Source of the DNA: Octopus vulgaris
Lineage: Eukaryota
Assembly: GCA_951406725.2 (NCBI GenBank)
Contig: OX597814.1
Location: 199,764,001-199,828,000, forward strand
Reading direction: 5' to 3'
Length of the DNA: 64,000 nucleotides
Positions 50,194 to 63,099 of this stretch are shown here, piece by piece. Under the pieces are notes generated by a model that did not search any database, was not told the DNA's origin, and was given only the letters and a program-made list of their open reading frames with translations. A program made the translations under genes and the position numbers. Every line of letters starts with the position of its first letter. Positions within the stretch are counted from its first letter, which is position 1.

Positions 50194-50860
50194 GGGCAGG
50201 TGTGGCCGTGTGTTAAGAAGTTTGCTTCCCAAACTGCATGGTTCTGGGTTCAGTCTCAGCGCATGGTAACTTGGCTAAACGTCTTCTGCTATAGCTTTGA
50301 GCCAACCAAAATCTTGTGAGTGGATTTGGTACATGGTAAAGGCGGCGAGCTGGCAGAAACGTTAGCATGCCAGGCGAAATACTTAGCAGCATTTCGTCTG
50401 CCGCTACATTCTGAGTTCAAATTCCGCTGAGGTCGACTTTGTCTTTCTTCCTTTCGAGATTGATTAAATAAGTACCAGTTACACACTGGGGTCGATATAA
50501 TCGACTTCATCTGTTTGTCTGTCCTTGTTTGTCCTCTCTGTGTTTAGCCCCTTGTGGGTAGTAAAGAAATATGTAAATGAAAGAAACCCATCATGTGTTT
50601 GTGTGTGTGAGTGTGTGTGTGTTAGTGTGTGTGTGTGTCTTTCTGTCTGCCTGTGTTTGTCCACCACCACCACCACCAGTGTTGGTATGTTTATATACTC
50701 ATAGCATAAAGGTTTGGCAAAAATAACTGATACAATAAGCATTAGACTTTAAAAAAAAAAAAGGGGACCACTACTGGGGCCGATTCATTCAACTAAAATT
50801 CTCTGAGATAGTGCCCCAGCACGACCACATTCTAACGAATGAAACAAGCAAAGAAGAGAA
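50194..50860 (+). mobile_element. Old family A copy with nested family B (50340-50570)
   Basis: Family A head and tail separated by a complete family B. Confidence 0.8.
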
Positions 50861-51271
50861 AAAGTTATCTCGATTAAAGGAGATGCTTGCCTGCCAGTTA
50901 CTGGAATATTAGCAAGGCATCCACATTTCTTTCCTTCTTTCCTTGTTATTTTCTCTTCCCTTGATCTTAACCCCTATCTTCCACATTTCCCAAAATTGCC
51001 GTCGTTCTTTTATGGTTATTTCCTCTCCTTGTCTTCTCCCTCACTTTTTTTTTTCTGCTCCACCTTGTTCCACTTTGGGTTGTTTTTTTTTTCTTTCTCT
51101 TCACTCTTGCTACTTCAGTCTATTTACTCCAAACTTTCGGTAAAATATTTCAGCTCAAATCAGACGGAAACACTCGCCTATAATGTCAACCTTCTCCCCT
51201 TCGTTCCAACAAAATAATTTATTCCATATTGCCCAGATTTTGTACTTCGCCAATTCTATTTATATCACGCA

Positions 51272-51650
51272 ATAGCAGTATCTCCCGGCGTTGCTCGGGC
51301 TTGTTTCGACCCTCTAGTATTCGAATTTTTGAAAAGTAAAAATTTTGCATTATGTAGCTTGTTATTCTCTTTAAGTGAACATTTTTCTGGTTGAAATACG
51401 CCGAAAAGTGGCGACACAGCAGTCAAAAAAATCGTAAAAAATAGGGATTTTCATAGAAAAAAAAATCACCTTTTTGATGTAAATATTTTTTGGTGTTAAC
51501 ATGGTCCGATTTGAATTTTAGAGCAAGCCTTCTTCTATCATACTCTCAATTTTGGTCAACATGCACCGCAGAGTCTTGGAGGAGATAGTGTTAGTTGAAG
51601 GCTACCAAACCTGCCATACACAGACAACTTCAGCTTTATATAGAGAAAGA
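51272..51650 (-). mobile_element. Non-autonomous Helitron, second subfamily
   Basis: Termini like 2476-2846 (tagcagtatc.cccggcgttgctcggg; tttatatagagaaaga-t); CTAG mutated; different interior. Confidence 0.8.
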
Positions 51651-51729
51651 TTTGTAGTTTCATCTTTTACTGACTGGTCCAAGGGAAATAATTCATACTG
51701 CTTTGAGTGGGGGTGATTTTAATGTATCT

Positions 51730-52068
51730 TATTTCATTACTGCCCACAAGGGGCTAAACACAGAGGGGACAAACAAAGACAGACAAAGGGATTAAGTCGA
51801 TTACATCGACCCCAGTGCGTAACTGGTACCTATTTTATCGACCCCGAAAGGATGAAAGGCAAAGTCGACCTCGGCGGAATTTGAACTCAGAACGAAAAAG
51901 ACAGACGAAATGCCTATTTCTTTACTACCCACAAGGGGCTAAACACAGAGAGGACAAACAAGGACAGACAAAGGGATTAAGTCGATTACATCGACCCCAA
52001 TGCGTAACTGGTACTTAATTTATCGATCCCGAAAGGATGAAAGGTAAAGTCGACCTCGGCGGAATTGA
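51730..52068 (-). mobile_element. Family B dimer
   Basis: Two cccacaaggggctaaacacagag units. Confidence 0.9.
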
Positions 52069-52351
52069 AACAAACAGATTAAGTGAAATCGATGTTTTAG
52101 GGATGTTATTGATGTCAGTAAAGGATTTCTAGAATTCGCCAGAAACACTAATTGGGTTGGAACTCTATATCTTCCACCTTTTTACCAGAAGTGTAATTTT
52201 ATAAACCCCAGAGAGAGGAAATGCTAATTCTAACAAGGCATACATTACACTCCTCATCCTACTAGAAATAGCAGTTAAATCTCCTTCAAACCACCCTCTA
52301 TCTTATCTAATACTTTTTATTTTTACTAAAGTTGTCCTTTACCTGAAAAAT

Positions 52352-52520
52352 CATCATCATCGTTTAACGTCCGTTTTCCATGCTGGCATGGGTTGGACGG
52401 TTCGATTGAGGTCTGGAGAGCCAGTGGCTGCACCAGGCTCCAGTCTGATCCGGCAAAGTTTCTACAGCTGGATGCCCTTCCTAACGCCAACCACTCCAAG
52501 AATGTAGTGGGTGCTTTACA
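52352..52520 (-). mobile_element. RTE 3'-derived family E, short
   Basis: catcatcgtttaacgtcc..ggatgcccttcctaacgcc. Confidence 0.85.
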
Positions 52521-53410
52521 GAGTGGTTAGCGTATGACAATGGCACTCATTTACAGCATTTACATACTCTCAAGACAAGGACCCGTATGCATACACACAC
52601 ACACACACAGTTTTATGATGAGTTTCTTTTAGTTTCCATCAACCAAATCCACCCATAAGGCTTTGGTCAGCCTGGGGCTATAGTGGAAGACATCTGCCCA
52701 AGGTGCTGTGGAGTAGGACTGAACCTGGAATCATGTGGTTGAAAAGCAACTTTCTAAAGGGGAAATCAACTTCAATTCAAATATACAAAATGTATATGTG
52801 TGTGTGTGTGTGTATGTTTGTGTCTGTGTTTGTGCCCCCAACATCGCTTGACAACTGATGCCAGTGTGTTTATGTCCCCATAACTTAGCGGTTCGGCAAA
52901 AAGAGACCGATAGAATAAGTACTAGGCTTACAAAGAAATAGTCCTGGGGTCGATTTGTTCGACTAAAGGTGGTGCTCCAGCATGGCCACAGTCAAATGAC
53001 TGAAACAAGTTAAAAATAAAAAGTAAAGATAAAGTAAAAGCTAACTTGATTTGAGAGAACATAACTTCAAATCCCTTAGGTGGTAGTCTTCATTCATCCC
53101 ACAATTTGTAAGAAAGCAGAACAAATACCACAAGGCATTCTAAAGCTCTAGTGTTCCAACCAGCTGACCCCCTTCAAGAAAATCATATTAAGAATAGATT
53201 TTAGCTCAAGTACAAAACCAACAGTTTCGAGGGCAAGATTCAGTTGGCATCATCAACTCCAGCACCTGACTGGTATTTTATTTTAGTGACCCTGAAAAGA
53301 TCAAAAGCAATTTTTCCTTAGCAGGATTTGAAATCAGACTGTAAGAGTTTGAAGAAACACTGCAAGGCATTTTTTACCAACTCTATAATGTCTTTGTCTA
53401 ACTGCCACTC

Positions 53411-53446
<36 letters not shown>

Positions 53447-53839
53447 TCCTTTCTATTATAGACACAGGGCTTGAAATTTTTTGGTCCCAGTATTTGACTG
53501 GTACTAGGATAAAAAGTTCCAGGCCAAACACTGACTAAAAATAAATATTTGACTGGTACTTAATTTATCAACCCCAAAAGGATGAAAAGCAATGTCATCT
53601 TCAGTGGAATTTGAACTCAGAACGTAAAGATGAACAAAATACTGCTAAGCACTTTGTCCACTCTTAATATTTGAACAGATGGATGGAGGAAATAGGCACA
53701 AAAGCTTGTTCAGCACTGCTCTAGACAAGTGTTATTAAGGACAGCTAAGATATTAAGGAAGGTTCTTGGCCCCTAAGGTTACTTGTTGTAGCCTGAGGCA
53801 AGGAATTTTTCTTCTCCAACAGTTTAATCTGCTGTGCAT

Positions 53840-54055
53840 ATACTCTTTTACTTGTTTCAGTCATTTGACTGTGGCCATGCTGGAGCACTGCCTTTAGTTG
53901 AGCAAATCGACCCCAGGACTTATTCTTTGTAAGCCTAGTACTTATTCTATCGGTCTCTTTTGCCGAACTGCTAAGTTACAGGGACGTAAACACACCAGCA
54001 TAGGTTGTCAAGTGATGTTGGGGTGACAAACACAGACACAAAAACATATACACAT

Positions 54056-54108
<53 letters not shown>

Positions 54109-54257
54109 GCTTCTTTCAGTTTCCGTCTACCAAATCCACTCACAAGGCTTTGGTCGGCCCAAGGCTATAGTAGAAGACACTTGCCCAAGGTGCCACACAG
54201 TGGGACTGAACCCAGAACCATGTGGTTGGTAAGCAAGCTACTTACCACAGAGCCACT
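53840..54257 (-). mobile_element. SINE family A, full length
   Basis: Reverse complement of consensus. Confidence 0.9.
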
Positions 54258-54474
54258 AATCCTTTCCACTATAAGCACAAGGCCTGAAATTTGGGGAAGT
54301 GGGGTAGTTGATTACATTGACCCCAGTTCTCAGCTAATACTTATTTCATTGACCTCAGAAGGATGGCAGTTATAACAACAACGGGAACCGCTATATGATA
54401 TTCTCTTAGTTTGGTTTGTCAATATCTATCATAAAAATATATGAAAGCGTTATTAGAATTACTCCTATGCTACA

Positions 54475-55345
54475 ATGGGCTGTCGGATGTCCCTAAAAGT
54501 CCATTTCCTTGATTCACGTCTGGACTTTCTTGCAGAGAACCTTGAGGCAGTGTCTGATGAGGAAGGAGAATGCTTTCATCAAGATACTGCATTGATGGAA
54601 CAACGATATCAAGGATTTTTTATATAATGAAATTATTGTATACAGTGCTCCGGTGCACCACAACTTGTCGAAAGTGCGTATAAAGCATATGCAGTAATGT
54701 ACAAATGTCTGGGAAGTGAACAGTGTATGAGTAAGATACATGCTTGCATGTGTATGGAGGGGAGAAAAATCAGGTGTAGTGTTGGGGAATCTCAGGAAAC
54801 ATGGAAGTTTTGAAGGATGCAGTGCTCCGACAATTAACAACTGATGCCGGCAGTTTGTTCCATGCTTCAGCAACTCTCAGCGTGAAAAAATGTTTCCGAA
54901 AGTCATGGGAGCTGTGTTGTTTTCTGACTTTGTAAATATGTCCACGGGTGTTAGACAGGTGGAGTTTGAAAAGGTGCTCAGAGTTATTGTTTTGGAATGC
55001 AGGAATGTTAGCTGACTACTGTTGGATGTTATACAGGGATGAACCTGAGATAAAACACCATAGAAAGTCCAAATCCCCAAAATTTCAAGTTGTTATGCAT
55101 TTGAGTGTATTATAACTTATTTGTACAATAAAAAAGCCATGAAATTATCGTATCTTGTATTGAATATACTTTATATAGACATGCTTTACGTATCCTATAA
55201 GTGAAAACAGCAGGTATCGTTAACATGAAAATGTGACCTGATAGAGGAAATCGAACTTCAGATTCGTAATCAGCATCAAAAATTAACCCAGAAAAGTCAA
55301 TCAGCTGCTCTGATAATTAAAAAAGTTTCATTTTGTTGACCAGTG
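54475..55345 (+). mobile_element. Chapaev3-like DNA transposon: transposase C-terminus and right TIR, split by a LINE
   Basis: MGCRMSLKVHFLDSRLDFLAENLEAVSDEEGECFHQDTALMEQRYQGF (54475-54618) resumes WNAGMLADYCWMLYRD.. (54993-55115); ends ttttgttgaccagtg (CAC terminus). Confidence 0.8.
54620..54990 (-). mobile_element. CR1/L2-group LINE 3' fragment inserted in the transposase
   Basis: Reverse complement of 23530-23897. Confidence 0.9.
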
Positions 55346-56108
55346 TAATCTTTATACGTTGAAAAGCTCACAGAACCAGAGTGAATGCAAAAACTTACAT
55401 AACTCGTAGCAGAGTAGTCTCCCTTCTTCCATTTACTTTGCAGTCTGTTACCGGTAGCATTTACGTCAAGTTAGCATCAAATCTTGGCTATTTTCTGTTC
55501 TGGATCCACTAATGCCACACATGTCAAGAATCAGTAATGATAATCTTTCTTCAAATTTAATTCTTGTGCATCTGTGTACGTGCGTGCGTGTGTACACGTG
55601 TATACTCAAAATATAAGAACACAAATTGTAAACACTGTTAATCTGGTTAATATCAAAAACCTCAACTTTGCCCTCCACATTATACATGCAACTGCCCTCG
55701 ACACAGTTCCAAAGGAAAATCATGTAGTTGTAAGGGTTATAAAATCATAAAACAGCTCAGCACCCATCACTTTCAGAAACATTGCTTTTTTTTTTTTTTT
55801 TTACCCAAAAATACATGGAATTTTTTACCCAAAAATACATGGAATAAACTACCCATGTTATGTTAGCTGTCAGTACACTCCATCCTTCAAAAGTTCCATA
55901 CTTTCTGAAATTGCCAACGCTTCCTAACGTGCCGCTTCACCCTCTGCCCTTAATGGCTCTCTTATCGTTTATTTTCCTATCTTTTTATTCTATTCTCTAT
56001 ACTAGGCATAGCTTTCATTGATGTCTCTGTTTACTTATTGCTACTTTCTGTTCTCTCTTTTTATCTTTTCCAATGAATTGTAGTGTACCTGAGAACGAAG
56101 TACAATAA

Positions 56109-56274
56109 ACTTATTATTATTATTATTTTCATTATTATTATTATTATCATCATTATTATTTTCATTATTATTATTTTCATTATTATTATTATTATTAACA
56201 TTATTATTACTTTCATTATTATTATTATCATTATTTTTATTATCATTATTATTATTATTACCATCATCATCATC
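56109..56274. repeat. (ATT/CAT)n microsatellite
   Basis: Direct reading. Confidence 0.95.
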
Positions 56275-56511
56275 AGGTAGCAAGCTGACAGAATCATTAG
56301 CGCACTGGATGAAATGTTTAGCAGTAATTTGCCCGTCGCTACATTCTAAGTTCAAATTCCCCCGAGGTCAACTTTGCCTTTCATCCTTTTGGGGTTGATT
56401 AAATACATACCAGTTACATACTGGGGTCGATATATTCGACTTAATCCCTTCCTCCAAATTTGAAGCCTTGTGCTTCCAGTAGACAGGATTATTATAATTA
56501 TTATTATTATT

Positions 56512-57456
56512 GAATGAGAGAGCAGTTCATGCCATCAAAGTGACACTGGGGTAAAATATACAAAGCCCAGTATACCCTTTATGATTACCCATCTGATAAG
56601 GGTACACTAGGCACATGCATCACAACCATACGTGTGTGACATGGTGATCTCATATCGAGATAAACAGTGCATGGACTTGCTGGTGGGGGCCCAGTTAGAA
56701 TTTTTTCGTGTTGAGTAGCCCATCTCACTCAAAAGGCCTCTGAATAAGGGTTGTTTAAGGATGCTGAATGAAACACCTATGTTTCCAGAGGTGAATTATC
56801 CAAGCCCTGAAGAATCCTTCTCAACACATGGCTATGATGCTCCCCCACTACTTCTGCTCGTGATCAGAGATGCACATATCATCAGCCACTAAGGGACATG
56901 CTCAACTGGTTACGGTCAAACAACTGACAAGCAGATCAGCGGCTACAATAAATATTGAGCAGAATATTTGCTGTAGTCCATCTTTTATACCAAGACAGTG
57001 GAGGCGCAATGGCCCAGTGGTTAGGGCAGCAGACTCGCGGTTTCGATTCCCAGACCGGGCGTTGTGAGTGTTTATTGAGCGAAAACACCCAAAGCTCCAC
57101 GAGGCTCCAGCAGGGGATGGTGGTGATCCCTGCTGTACCCTTTCACCACAACTTTCTCTCACTCTTACTTCCTGTTTCTGTTGTACCTGTATTTCAAAGG
57201 GCCGGCCTTGTCATTCTCTGTGTCACACTGAATATCCCTGAGAATTACGTTAAGGGTACACGTGTCTGTGGAGTGCTCAGCCACTTGCACGTTAATTTCA
57301 CAAGCAGGCTGTTCCGTTGATCGGATCAACCGGAACCCTCGTCGTCGTAACCAACGGAGTGCTTCCACATACCAAGACAAAACAATGTACATAATAACAC
57401 TTACAATCAGTTAAGATCAGAAGCCATGAGAGCCACTGTCTGGTACTGCATCAGGG
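56512..57456 (-). mobile_element. Family T, longest copy (about 560 bp net), in (TAA)n
   Basis: (ATT)n on both flanks; homologous to 30721-31166 and extending further 5'. Confidence 0.85.
56998..57368 (+). mobile_element. Family C SINE with family D-type tail nested in family T
   Basis: Perfect TSD ataccaagaca 56987-56997 / 57369-57379. Confidence 0.9.
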
Positions 57457-57503
57457 TATTTTTTATTATTATTATTAATATTATCATCATCATCATCATC
57501 ATC

Positions 57504-57690
57504 GTCTTTGCACAGCTTCTAACACTGGAGATGTACTACGGTGTCAGCTGTTCACTACCAGTGAACTAAGGTAACACCCCTTGTTCTTCAAGCACCATTC
57601 AGAGTATTCATGCAGTTCCAAGCAGTGCTGTTTTCAACAAAATATCCACCCTTATTGCAGCCTCTATTTCTTCCATGTACTTCTCAATTA
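57504..57690 (-). mobile_element. R4/Dong-clade extreme 3' fragment
   Basis: IEKYMEEIEAAIRVDILLKTALLGTA*IL*MVLEE resembles the QK..LLGTA.ILR terminus; flanked by trinucleotide repeats. Confidence 0.65.
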
Positions 57691-57726
57691 ATAATAATGA
57701 TTATTATTATTATTATTATTATTATT

Positions 57727-57846
57727 GAGTGAGAGAGTAGTTCATGCCATCAAAGTGACACTGGGGTATAAATATACAAAGCCCAGTATACCCATAATGA
57801 CTTCTCGTCTGATAAGGATATGCCAAGCACATGCATCACAACCATA
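57727..57846 (-). mobile_element. Family T, 120-bp 3' stub in (TAA)n
   Basis: Same 3' end as the other copies. Confidence 0.85.
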
Positions 57847-58105
57847 TTATTACTATTATAATTATTATTATTATTATTATCATAAAAGTAGTGAACTAGC
57901 AAAATCCTGAGCACGCTGGACAAAATGTTTAGTGGTGTTCTGTCCATTTTCACAATCTTAGCTCAAATTCTGCCACGGTCAACTATACCCTTCATCCTTT
58001 TGGGGTCAATGAAATAAGTACCATTCGAGCACTGGGGTCAATGTAATCAAGTAAACCCCTTTCCTACAGAAAATTTCACACCTTGTGCCTAGCTGTGTGG
58101 TAAGT

Positions 58106-58963
58106 AGGCGCAGGAGTGACTGTATGGTAAGTAGCTTGCTTACCAACCACATGGTTCCGGGTTCAGTCCCACTGCGTGTCATCTACTATAGCCTCGGGCC
58201 GACCAAAGCCTTGTGAGTGGATTTGTTAGATGGAAACTGAAAGAAGCCTGTCGTATATATATGTAAATATGTATGAGTGTGTGCTTGTTTTTTTGTGTTT
58301 GTCTCATTCCCCCCCCCCCCACGCCACATCACTTGACAACCAATACTGGTGTATTTACGTCCCCGTAACTTAGCGGTTCAGCAAAAGACACCGATAGAAT
58401 AAGTACTAGGCTTACAAAGAATAAGTCCTGGGGTCGATTTGCTCAACTATAGGCGGTGCTCCAGCATGGCCACAATCAAATGACTGAAACAAGTAAAAGA
58501 GTATTACTATTTGTCCACTACACATGCCACTTGAATGGGACAGTCTTATTGATTATACCAACTGTCCTATTCAGAAGTGATAAATATAAAGTTGTTTACT
58601 ATGAGATAAACACAACTTATAAAATAAACACAGCCTATAAGATAAACAGTGGCCTTAACTTTGACAAAATACTGACTGGTAGGAAATTAGTATCTTTTCA
58701 TCTTTTCAATTCAAATACCATATCTGACTTAATCTTTTACTTGCTTCAGTCATTTGACTGCGACCATGCTGGTGCACCGCCTTTAGTCGAGCAAATCGAC
58801 CCCAGGACTTATTCTTTTGTAAGCCTAGTACTTATTCTATCGGTCTCTTTTGTCGAACCACTAAGTTACGGGGATGTAAACACACCAGCATCAGTTGTCA
58901 AGCGATATTTGGGGGAACAAACACAGACACACAAATATATACACACAAATATATACACACACA

Positions 58964-59010
<47 letters not shown>

Positions 59011-59760
59011 TACAATGGGCTTCTTTCAGTTTCCATCTACCAAATCTGCTCGCAAGGGTTTGGTCAGCCCGTGGCTGTAGTAGAAGACACTTGGCCAAGG
59101 TGCCATGCAGTGGGACTGAACCCAGAACCATGTGGTTAGTAAGCAAGCCACTTACCACACAGCCACTCCTGCACCTATATTTACTTATTTACAGAATTAT
59201 TATTTCATAGTTCAATAATTAAAATGGTATAATGAATCACCGCCTCTGCTATGGAAGTAACTGATGCAAAATATTTTGATTAAATAATTAATTCAAAATT
59301 AATTTCAAATTAAAAATATATAATGAACTTATAGTATTCAGTGTTTAGGTACACTACAACTCGTCAGAGAAAAGTAGCCTAAAGTGCATGAACAGTACAT
59401 AGAATAATGCACAGGAAGTGAAGAGTAAATGAGTCGTTAAAAATGGAATTGGAAGACATCAAATTATAATAATAATGTAAATTATTGTGTATAGGCATAG
59501 GAGTGGTTGTGTGGTAAGTAGCTAGCTTACCAGCCACATGGTTCCGGGTTCAGTCCCACTGCATGGCACCTTGGACAAGTGTCTTCTACGATAACCTTGG
59601 GCTGACCAAAGCCTTGTGAATGGATTTGGCAGACGGAAACTGAAAGAAGCCCGTCATATGTATGTATGTATGTATGTATGCATGCATGTATGTATGTTTG
59701 TGTGTCTGTGTTTGTCCCCCCCAACATCGCTTGACACCCGATGCTGGTGTGTTTACGTCT
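58106..59760. mobile_element. Three family A copies (58106-58502 plus; 58735-59177 minus; 59493-59760 plus)
   Basis: Family A motifs in alternating orientation. Confidence 0.9.
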
Positions 59761-59871
59761 ATGAAGAAATGAAAAGCTCTGGGTTTTTGAAAAAAATAAT
59801 TGAGCACCTGGTGCCAAAATTAACAGAAATACAATCTCCACAGGAAATTCATAGCATCTTTTATCTCTAAG

Positions 59872-60541
59872 CTTTTACTTGTTTCAGACATTTGACTATA
59901 GCCATGCTGTGGCACCACCTTGAACAATATTTTGTAAAATGAATCAACCCCAGTTCTTCTTTTATTTCTTTTTTTTTTCTTTTTCAAGCCCAGTACTTAT
60001 TCTATCAGTCTCTTTTGCTGAACCACTAAGTTACAGGGATATAAACACCCCAACACCGGTTATCAAGTGGTGGTAGTGAACAAACACATGCACACACACA
60101 CACACACATACAGATATATGTTTTAACTGTTTTGTTCTCATTGTTCTATCTTTTACTGTTTTTACTTTTTTATTGTTTTGTTCTCCCTGCCCTGCTCTTG
60201 TTACCACTTTCACCCTCTGCAAAAAGTCCCAAATTCTATTTAATTTGCTTTGTGAGAAGGACTGTTTCAACGAAGTCGCATCTTGTCCTTACCTTTGAAA
60301 CATGGAGTAGATGAAACAGGGACAACTGAAGAAAGGAATATTCTTTATGTTGTATGTCTTATTTCTTTGGGGTTATTTTTTATTGTTTGAAAAAAGTTCG
60401 TTTTTATGTTTTTGTTTTTATGTTTTTATTTCTCATTGTGGTCAACGTTTTTTTTTTTATGTCCTGTACCCATATATGCATGTATGTATGTACATATATG
60501 TATATATGCATATATTTATATATTATCTATCTATCTATCTA

Positions 60542-60575
<34 letters not shown>

Positions 60576-60745
60576 CGCACATGCACACACGCACAAGCTT
60601 CTTTCAGTTTCTATCCACCAAATCCACCCACAAGGCTTTGGTTAGCCTTAACTTATAGTAAATGACACTTTCCCAAGGTGCCACACAGTGGTTCTGAACC
60701 CAGAGCCATGTGGCTGGCAAGCAAGCTTCTTACTACACGCAGCCA
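59872..60745 (-). mobile_element. Old family A copy with PLE-like insert (about 60120-60470)
   Basis: Tail at 59872-60090, head at 60595-60745. Confidence 0.75.
60256..60336 (+). ncRNA. Second permuted hammerhead-like motif (decayed)
   Basis: cgca-TC-TTGTCCTT-a-ccttt-GAAA-catg...AGGGACAA-CTGAAGA-aagg. Confidence 0.45.
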
Positions 60746-60769
60746 TTTCCATGCCATCAAAGAAGACAA

Positions 60770-60925
60770 TTGTTCTATTTTCTGTTATTTGTGTGAAAAC
60801 TGTTGGCCAGACCTTTGAGTCTATCAATGACATTGTCTAAGGTGGAATGTACTTTTGCCAAGCATAGTATTTTCAGCAACCATCGCTGGCAAATACAATT
60901 GACTGCTTTCCTATAATCAATGTCT
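60770..60925 (-). mobile_element. R4/Dong-like RT fragment (domain 3 region)
   Basis: IDYRKAVNCICQRWLLKILCLAKV, compare IDY.KAFDS..H.WL..IL. Confidence 0.6.
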
Positions 60926-61431
60926 CCTGTCACAAGCTTTCCTCATTGTTTTCCTGAGAAAGGACATTTACAAAGATATTGTTTTCCTTCATCCTCCAGA
61001 GTACAATATAAGCTTTATCAATACTTCCCCCATTATATTATTTATTTTATTATTTTTCCAATAACAAATTTTTTTTTCTACGTATTTTATGTTCCAAAAC
61101 AAATTAATTTTCTCTCAGAAATCTCCCCACATTTTTTTGTAATTTTTTACCCCACAAGATGTTTGTAAACTTAAAATCCACTGTATTTTATGATCGTTGT
61201 TAACTGTTCACTTGTGAGGCAGAGGCCGTTGATGTTTTTTTCCAGTGGGTTTAACGAAGATGTTTTTTTTCCAGCAGTATAATGAAGACATCAATAACAA
61301 TTAACAAGTGTGAGGCTGGTTTCTTTCCTCCCTGATCATCATCAAAATTATTATTTACTTAAGCGCATGGTTTTGGGTTCAGTCCCAGGGCAAGTGCCTC
61401 TTACTATAGCCTCGGGCTGACCAAATCCTTA

Positions 61432-61797
61432 TCGATGGTGAAACTCCTGTAACTGTGATCCAGAAACTCCAAGATGGAAAAACACCTGGAAGAGACTTGA
61501 TTGTTGGACATTGGTACAAGAAGATAACATTCTACCAACCATATCTTATCAATCTATACCAGCAAGCTTTCATTGGGAACAGTAGCATACCACACTGGTT
61601 GGCTCTGGCAGAGACAAAATTGATCCCCCAAATGCAGAACCACCCACATGGCAAAAACCTAGCGGCCAATTGCATGCCAGGAATTAATGCATAATATATA
61701 CAGCATATTTAAACCTCTTCCTCCAAGGCCATTGTGAAACCAATAACATTATCACAGCAGAACAAGCAGCTGGGAAGAAGGGAGTCTGGGGATGTGC
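61432..61797 (+). mobile_element. R4/Dong-like RT fragment (domains 0-2)
   Basis: KLQDGKTPGRDLIVGHWYKK..IPHWL..TKLIP, RPIAC, NNIITAEQAAGKKGVWGC with frameshifts. Confidence 0.8.
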
Positions 61798-62089
61798 TTT
61801 ATAAAGCATAGGTCATCCATGACTTTTCTCCAGTCTTCTTGACTCTGGGCTGTCTTCCTTTTCCAGGCTTTGTTGGTGTTTGAAGTACCATCTATGCTTC
61901 TGTAACTTTGATTTTGTTTAAGTTAGGCTGAATCAGTAACATGAAGTGATGTGCCCAACACAAGGACACAGTGTGGGTCCCTCATCTGTCAATTGTATGT
62001 ATGACCTTATGGCTGTCAGCCCAACACCACAACAAGCACACCACACCCCACCACAACACACACACATTTACAGGCACATATGCCTTGCC

Positions 62090-62482
62090 ATGGGCCTTCA
62101 ACTTCTAATGCAGATGGAGTTTTTAGACTTAGACAAATCAAATGGAAATTGTAGTTGTGATACCTGTGCCAGTGGCACGTTAAAAGCACCATCCGAATGT
62201 GGCCGATGCCAGCGCCGCCTTGACTGGCTTCCATGCTGGTGGCACGTAAAAAGCACCAACCAATTGTAGCCGTTGCCAGCCTCCCTTGGCACCTGTGCCG
62301 GCGGCGCGTAAAAAGCACCCACTACACTCTCGGAGTGGTTGGCGTTAGGAAGGGCATCCAGCTGTAGAAACACTGCCAGATCAGATTGGGGCCTGGTGCA
62401 GCCTCCTGGCTTCCCAGACCCCAGTCAAACTGTCCAACCCATGCTACCATGGAAAACGGACATTAAATGATGATGATGATGA
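62090..62482 (+). mobile_element. RTE 3'-derived family E
   Basis: Three ggcacgtaaaaagcacc-type units, (GAT)n end. Confidence 0.9.
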
Positions 62483-62514
62483 CAACCTATACAATCCTGT
62501 TTTCATCTCAGGGA

Positions 62515-62650
62515 AGAGGTGGCCCTTATCAGTCTAGCCTCTCTCCTTTGACCTGCCCAGCATGGGAGACCTACCAGGAGCTTTGCACTCCACTGGCACA
62601 GCTCTTAGGGTCATTGAGACATACAAGCCGCTACATAACAACATGGACAG
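62515..62650 (-). mobile_element. RTE 5' UTR-like fragment
   Basis: agagctgtgccagtggag..agctcctggtaggtctcccatgctgggcaggtcaaaggagagagg resembles RTE/Expander 5' UTRs as recalled. Confidence 0.5.
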
Positions 62651-62874
62651 GTCTTCATTGGGGGTTCATTAAAAACAGCCTGTTCTTTAATGATGGTGAT
62701 GGCAGTGAAGCTTCCAACAACACAAAGGAAACTACATTCCTATTTTGAATCTTTTTGGATCTTTACCTTTTGACCTACAGATTAAAAAAATAATTTTTTG
62801 TAACTAAACACTTTCAAACTTCAGACACTGGTAGAATGTGTCATATAAAACATCTTTTACTCTTAGCATTTTTG

Positions 62875-63049
62875 AGTGGCTGTGTGGTAAGTAGCTTGCT
62901 TACCAACCACATTGTTCCGGATTCAGTCCCACTGCGTAGCACCTTGGGCAAATGTCTTCTACTATAGCCTCGAGCAGACAAAAGTCTTGTGAGTGGATTT
63001 GGTAGATGGAAACTGAAAGAAGCCTGTCGTATATATATATATTTGTGTA

Positions 63050-63099
<50 letters not shown>

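Noticed and set aside
51700-51730. GGDFN endonuclease-like motif
   Set aside because: Too short; flanks do not extend into an APE domain
54552-54585. CTGATGA hammerhead-like core
   Set aside because: Lies within transposase codons (SDEEGE); no GAAA or stem arrangement
58456-59139. Longest ORF (227 aa) and the many similar ..VYQIHSQGFG..EDTCPRCH ORFs
   Set aside because: Chance read-through of SINE family A copies; not a gene family
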